From Chrysomallon squamiferum (Eukaryota > Animalia > Mollusca), in assembly GCA_012295275.1 (NCBI GenBank), contig CM022667.1, positions 8,494,001 through 8,558,000 on the forward strand: a stretch of 64,000 bases of DNA, read 5' to 3'. The position numbers were made by a program, and so were the translations under genes. Positions 40,786 to 64,000 of this stretch are shown piece by piece. A model generated the notes under the pieces. The model searched no databases. It was not told the origin of the DNA and was given only the letters and a program-made list of their open reading frames with translations. Every line of letters begins with the position of its first letter. The first letter of the stretch is position 1.

Positions 40786-43700
40786 GAAACAAAACAAGTT
40801 TGAAAAAATAAAAAACCTGACATTAATTAATAATACATTTTTAATTTATTGAATATAATTGTGATCCATATCAAAGACTAATGCAGTTTCAGCATATTTT
40901 AATTTTAAATGTTATCAAGTACAATGATTATGATTTAAGAGAGGAAACTTAATTATATGACTAGACTAAATGAACTATCTAAAATTTTCAATAAATAAAT
41001 AAAAATAATAATAATGTATTATATTACCAACATATGAATAAAGTAATAAATATGTTTGAGGTTATCTCTGCATATTTTAACATTAATGATGGTCAAATGC
41101 TTGTTTCTTTTCATCTACTTTATTTTTTTTTTATTGTGAGTGTGTGTGTGTGTGCGTGCATATTTGCGTGTGTTTGTTTGTTATTTGTTTTTTTATGATA
41201 ATTTAATTTCTGTGAGCAGTTTCTGCCATTTTACGGGCTGCTCTTCCTAGTCAGTTACTGTGGGCTAGAATTGCTGTACAGAACAGAAACAACATACCTC
41301 AGAGTTTTACACACCTGACTTTGGTCCTCTGACAGGACAGGAAACAGCTCTGTACTTTTACACTGAGGAGAACTGAACCTCTGATCTGCTGTACCAGAGA
41401 TGAGTAATAATTACATTCAGTATGTTGTTTGTGAAGTATTACTGACTTACTAAGAATTTTATTAACTGTTCTTTAACAGAGCTGATAACAGCTTGGAGAC
41501 TTTGATCACAGAATCAGATCTTCACAGACCTCTGACTGTGGTATTTCCTATTCAAAACTAGGGCTCCATGTTCCATTATTTACAGTGTTTTCAATGGGAA
41601 GGCAAAATTAAAATATTCTTTATTGCTAACTGCTGTTAGGACTCTTTGTTTTAGAGAGAGTTGGGTTTATCTTTCATTTGATCAGTTATTCAGAAACAAC
41701 AATAATTTTGGTTTTGTAATTTAATATTAAAAAAGAGCCAAGTAGTGTACAATGTGTATAGAATATTGATTTTATGTTGTTTCTCATTTTCTTTGCATTT
41801 TTTTCTCTCTTTTCATATTGCTGTGAATACTGATAACTGAGATTTATTGCGTGAAGTGTTTATTCCGAACAATTCTGCTTTCAATTCCTTTCTTATTTCT
41901 AGAATAATCTGTTTCAAAAGGCGAAGGTCGTAGGAAACTGTGTAAACTGTAGTTTTAATGTCAGGTTTCAGAAATGTGGTTTAATTGTTAGATAAAAAAC
42001 CCAACAGTGTGGTTCTACTGGTTTAGCAAGGTAATGGTTATTTATAAATTTTTTTTTTTTTTTTTTTTTACTGTTTTCCATTTTGCAGTAAATACAAGAC
42101 TATGTAAATGTCTGTCAGTTTGTTTATACGTATATACATAGAGGTTCACAAATATCAAATACATATGTAAACAGATATATCTGCACGAACTGGCATATAC
42201 ACACACATGAATATACACAACACACATACACACACACATGAATATACACAACACACACACACTTTCTGGTAAAAAATATGCAGTAGATTATAATTTCATG
42301 AAAAGACCATAAACGTATAAACAAACACATAATAAATAAAATAAAAAATAAATAAATAAAAATGAATAAGTAAATAAATAAGTAAATAAAATAAATAAAT
42401 AAATTGAACAGCATCACCAGTCTGCTGTATTTCTTACATTACATAGCACAGAATTTCAGTTTTATCTCTGGTCAATCTCACAGCATTGCATGCCTCTAAA
42501 ATATACAAATATATACACACACACATACATATAGATTTAATCGGATAGAAAACAATTGCCATCACACTATTGAATCATATGTTGATCATCTGTACGTTTC
42601 ATAGATTTCCAGTTTTCATTATTTAATATAATACACTTTTGTATAGAGATACCTATTATTCTACAGTTCTTTTTAATAAGAAAAACCATCAGTATTATAT
42701 ATCAGTTACTATCATAGTGTGCGTAATTTAACTCACAATACAACTCATACACTTCTGTTTTCTTTAATGCTGCTTTGTACAGGTATCTGTTTTTAAAATC
42801 ATTTATTTATCTGTAAGACTGTCATCACTATCGAATCCCAGTCAGAGTCGGTGCTCTTGTACCAAGTCATCAGCCGAACATTCGTCTTCAGTTCAAACAT
42901 TCCACGGACTTCTAGTTACCTTCAGTAGACCTTTACTTAGAAATGTGGGCACAGTGGATATTAAAAAAAATAACCGGTTATTACAGCTAACACAAGACAA
43001 ATAGTGATGTCTCTACCAGCAGTGGGAGCTCTTTCACATGAAAGAGTTTCTAAAAAAAAAAAAATCCTTTATTGTATTTCTTATCAGAAGGCCACATACA
43101 ACCATTTGCTTCATTCATCTACAATAATCGAGGTTGTCTCTTACCTTCATTCTTCTTCTTTTTTATTTTTTTTTTTTTAAAGATATAATGCTAATGGTTT
43201 ACCTTTATGATTATAAGTAAATGGCATGGTTTGTTTTGTGTCACCAGTTTGGGTCTGTGCCAGCAGTGGTTGCAGTTACTGTCACTGATGTCTTATGCAT
43301 GGATGGACTCACAAGTAATATTCTTTATCCAACTTTATCTTAATTTTTGTGTAATAAAAAACCGTGGCGGGCAGTACTATATGTGTCACATCGCCGGTTC
43401 AACGACATCTAGCTGTTGGGTCATAATCAGCGTCACACTCGACAACACCCCTTGTCTAACTCACAGAGCAGCAACAATGTGTTTATTTTTCAAAAATATT
43501 CGTGCCTGGCACAAAATATATCTTTTTATCATCTCTTTTCTTCCCTTTTCACAAAAGTTAACATGTTAATTGTTAAGAAATAACTGTATCGAATTGCCGA
43601 GTACCAGTTGTACCAGGGTGCTGGGAGCAGCCACTGTGACATATCTGTATTTATTACACTGCTCTGTTTACCACTCAATGGCTTAATGTCTGGTTTCTAA

Positions 43701-43872
43701 ATGCGACTGTTTATTTCTGCCATGTACGTATGTCGGCATTTCACTCTCACCCATCAATTTATTTCTAGTTTACAGCTCCAGCTCTGTATTGATTGCATTT
43801 TTATGGTGATTTTTATAGGTGTTTACAATATACTGAAATGGTGTAACATACATACATACATACATAATAGAT

Positions 43873-43927
<55 letters not shown>

Positions 43928-44473
43928 TACCTATTACATATACATAAACATACATACATATACAGATAAACAGCTATACCTATAGATACATAGAGACACA
44001 GATAGATATACATAAATAGAGATAGCTATATAGATATTTTATCGTTTCTCATATATATAGTTTTTAGATGGTGAATATTGTTACTTCTTATATTTAATTT
44101 TATTCTTATTAATTTGTGTTACATAAAAATCAATCTATTCTGTTATACATGTTGTTCATCAGCATAACATTATTAGACAAAAGTTTTTTAATTTAAATAC
44201 TAAGACACATATATACAAATTACATAAAGCACACTAACAAAGGCATGTGTATAATAGAATGTGTGCACATATGCATATATATATGTGTGTGTGTATATGT
44301 TTATATATATATATATGTATGTATGTATGTATGTATTTATGCATGCATGTATGTATGTATGTATGTATATATATGTATGTATGTCTGTATGTATTTTGTA
44401 TGTATGTATGTATGTATGTATGTATGTATGTATATGCACACTAATACAAACACACATAATACACTCACATGCT

Positions 44474-44506
<33 letters not shown>

Positions 44507-47500
44507 GGTCACTAATGAACAAGCTGGACAAAGTGGTGAAAGCAGGTCAAGCCACATAGTTTGTCACCTGTCAGAACGAGCATGAATCACCCACACACAA
44601 GGTGTAAAACCTCACACGCACCTTTCATCAACACCTGTCTGTTAAGTCTCGGCTTAAACTGCAAGTCTTAAGATGTTCTGAAATCACAGGTGCTCTGTGT
44701 TGTTGTTACTCATATCCATACACAGAAGAGAAAAACTAATCTTCTGGGCTTTAACTTCTAGTTCCAGGAATATCTGATTGAGGGCAGTGTAAGCTTTTGA
44801 TCAGGATATCCAGTTCAAAGTAGGTGTTCATAAATGTTTTTCATTTTGATTATAGCTTTCTTTATTAATGTGTAGTAGCAGTTGCAGTAGCAGTAGTAGT
44901 AGTAGTAGTAGTAGTACTAGTGGTGGTGGTGGTGGTGGTGTAGCAGCAGTAATTATTAGGAGTTCATAAACAGTTTGTTTTGGTAATAGTAGTAGTAATA
45001 AGTGTTTTATATTGCACTCAATTATGAAAATTTGTGACAGTTAATTCTGAAAATAGAAAAGTACCTGTTAATTTTTTTCCCCTATAAATTATATTTACTT
45101 AAACAATTGGCTTCTTTTAATTTTTAATTTTTTAATTTTTTCTAATAAAAGAGAAAGAATACTAATGAATGAGATAAAATGGAATGCTATGATTATTCTC
45201 TATGCACAGGCAAGAAAGCACATACCATATCTTGTTCATACATCAGCTTAGGGGACAGTGTTTGGAACAGGCAAATAGCCAGTGTTCTCTGTAAGAAGAT
45301 TGATCTTAGGTTCAGCTATTTTCCTGTGTTTTTACAATTACAGACTGTGCATTTAAAGAATATAAATTTGATATAAATATCATCATCATTATACTATTAT
45401 TATTTCTTTTATTATTATTATTATTAGCATTAAAAAAATACTGATGAAAAAGAACAAATATTTACATTCATGTTAACTTTCTCATCTCCCCCCCAAAAAA
45501 AGAAAAAAAAGAAAAAACCCAGAAATATAAAATGAATAACAAAACAATAAAATTAAACTAAAAACCCCAGAAAGTCATGTTTATTTGACAAATAATCTTT
45601 TTTTATTTCTTCGTCACTGTGGGATGCAGACTAAAAATGAGGGTGTGACTCTAATATTTTATTTGTGTGAAATTTTTGACTGGGTGTGACTGTGTTCAGT
45701 GTCAGTTTGTGGGTTGTGTAATGGGTTTTTCATAACCCTTTCCTCTCATATTAATTCTGTTTATGTATTTTTAGTTAATATGTCATTGTATTCATTTATG
45801 TTTTCAAAATATTTTCACGACTAAAAGCAAACGCCTATAATTAAATGAATGATTAAAATAATCTAATTGTTTAGTCAACATCAGTAAAATAAGTTGTTAA
45901 TTCGTTAATTCCGATCGAGTACTACATCCTAGCACATCTTACAGCGGACAGCAACACTTCGGTAAAGTCTCGTTTTGTTATACAGCTTTTCTCATTGTTT
46001 TTATTAGTGTTATATTTTTTCATTAATTTTTATTTATTAAATTTGTCTGTGTATTAGTAGTCTTCTAATCGAGTCATGTTTGTTTAGCTTTTTAAAAAAA
46101 AAAAAAATTTTTGTTTTAGATTATTGTTTTTTGTTCCTTTGTCAGTTTTTTTCAGCCTTCTTGTAGAAAACTTTGTATAATGCTCACGTCTTACACAAAC
46201 CTGAAATATAAAAATAAAAAAAGTTTTGTGTTTAAAACAACCTTCTCTGATTGGATTGTTGACAATTTTTTGCAGGATCCGTTTTTCAGTTTGATACAAG
46301 AACTCTTGAAATAATTTTGATGTTTTGGAGAAGTCTTGAATAAAAGCAAAACTCCAAAAATATATTTTTTTTATTACTATTATTATTCATGATCTCTGAT
46401 CCAGTTACAGAGATTCTGTGTTTGAAAACTCGATTCTATTCTGTTTGAATGGTTTGGCTGTAAAGTTCCCTTCTGGATTTTTACTTTTTATTTTATTTTT
46501 ATTATTATTATTTTTTTTATTTATTATTATTTTTTTTTTTTTCTATTAAAAAAAGACTTTCTGCATAAAAATTGGCATGAAATATTCAACAAGAATTTTG
46601 ATAATTTGGCTTATGAATGTTTTCGGAGTATAAAGCAGATGTTTTCATTACTTACTAACAGTTTAAATATAGATGTCATCACACAGTTAACTGTGTTTAC
46701 ATAGCAGTCTTCATCACATCAGTTGTTCATGAGAAAATACTTACACAGTTACAGTTTAAAATGTAGAGGAGAATATGCAATCTTACCCGAAATATTAAAC
46801 ACATCTATAACTGACAACAGACACCCAAACAAGTAATTATTTATTTATTTATTGTTTGTTTGTTTGTTTGTTTGTTTGTTGTTGTTTTTTTCATTTTATA
46901 ACAGATGAGTTTATGTTTATGGATATATTGAAGGTACCACCATTCTTGTCTACAGCTATTTTTTTGTTAATATATCTTTTGTTCAATGTAAATAAACAAT
47001 TCACTTCACAGCAAAAAAAGAAACACTGAACACTTTTCTGTTTAAACGTTCTGATGAGATTTAGGCAGAATTCTATCGTAATTTATAATTTCACGATAAA
47101 TAAACATTCAGTTCCCAGTAAAACACTGAATATATATATATATATATATCTATATATATCTATATAGATGCTGTTTAAAAGATCAGATGACCTTTAGGCT
47201 TGATTATACTGTAATGTGTAATTTCATGTTTTATTTATGACAACTGTTTATTGTTAGATATTGTTTCAAACGATGAATGACTGTACAGCAGCAAAAAAAT
47301 CATTTTCAAAGTTGATGAAGTGCATGATTCAGTGCTAAACTATTAGATTCAGCAATTTTAATCTTTTTTTTATATATATTTTTTTTTATTTTATTAAAAA
47401 AGTACCTGTTGATAATAAACAGGTTCAATACAGAAATTCAGACTGGAAATATTCACTTGTTGCAGCTTGTTGTTTTGCAAGCTAGTTTAGAATATTTCAG

Positions 47501-47832
47501 TACTGACAAAATAAACAGTATTGAACAAAACTTGATGTTATTTCTCAAACTTTATCTGGCTAGTGTTTGTTTTCAGCTCAGAATTTTAATACTGAGAGAA
47601 TACATTTACATTTAAAAGTACTCATTTTTTTTTTTTTTTTTTTCAATATTCTGATACTCTGAAAAATAGAATAAAACAATTACTTATTTTCATGTTTTGA
47701 AAACTATTTCGCAATTGCTTATTCTTATTTGAGTATTTTGACTCTGAAAAACTAAACAAAACAAACTTACTGATATTCGTGTTTTGAAAACTTTGTTTTG
47801 CAGGTTTAACACAGAGGAGAGCACCTGATACA

Positions 47833-63897
<16,065 letters not shown>

Positions 63898-64000
63898 GTA
63901 AGTACTTTTTTTTTTTTCTACTGTAATAACAGGGAATCTTCTGAGACCCCCATACCTTGAATATGCATAAAATAACTGGGCTACAAAGAGAATTATTTCT

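Noticed and set aside
42820-43660. CpG-richer patches with an acidic minus-strand translation and gtgacat/atgtcac inverted motifs (piggyBac-like?)
   Set aside because: No TIR, TTAA target site or transposase motif could be established by eye.
44200-44559. (CV/YI/HT)n ORFs here and at 53382, 54001-54435, 57059-57462, 58315-58736 and 60268
   Set aside because: Translations of (CA)n, (TA)n and (TATG)n simple repeats.

Overview
AT-rich, microsatellite-rich animal genomic DNA with GT-AG introns; gene content and repeats look molluscan (inference only). Most entries in the ORF track are simple-repeat noise. Two multi-exon genes can be rebuilt by hand on the + strand. (1) A MYCBP-associated protein gene (MYCBPAP, about 5.2/9.9-30.0 kb) with two alternative first coding exons and a run of phase-1 micro-exon candidates. 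(2) The 5' half of a CD109-like thioester-containing protein gene (TEP/alpha-2-macroglobulin family, ATG 47833, running off the window). Between them lie two probable decayed minus-strand genes: a cystine-knot-like one and a PAN/Sushi/Kringle membrane protein. There are also Tigger, MULE and RTE remnants and several minisatellites. The most unusual signal is in the TEP bait region: two paralogous, mutually exclusive exons with near-identical acceptors and an upstream inverted partner sequence. The second exon's splice donor is amplified into a 21-bp minisatellite, giving 16 in-frame, same-phase alternative donors. Single-base indels in both genes suggest an imperfectly polished assembly. All exon calls are manual and unverified by transcripts.
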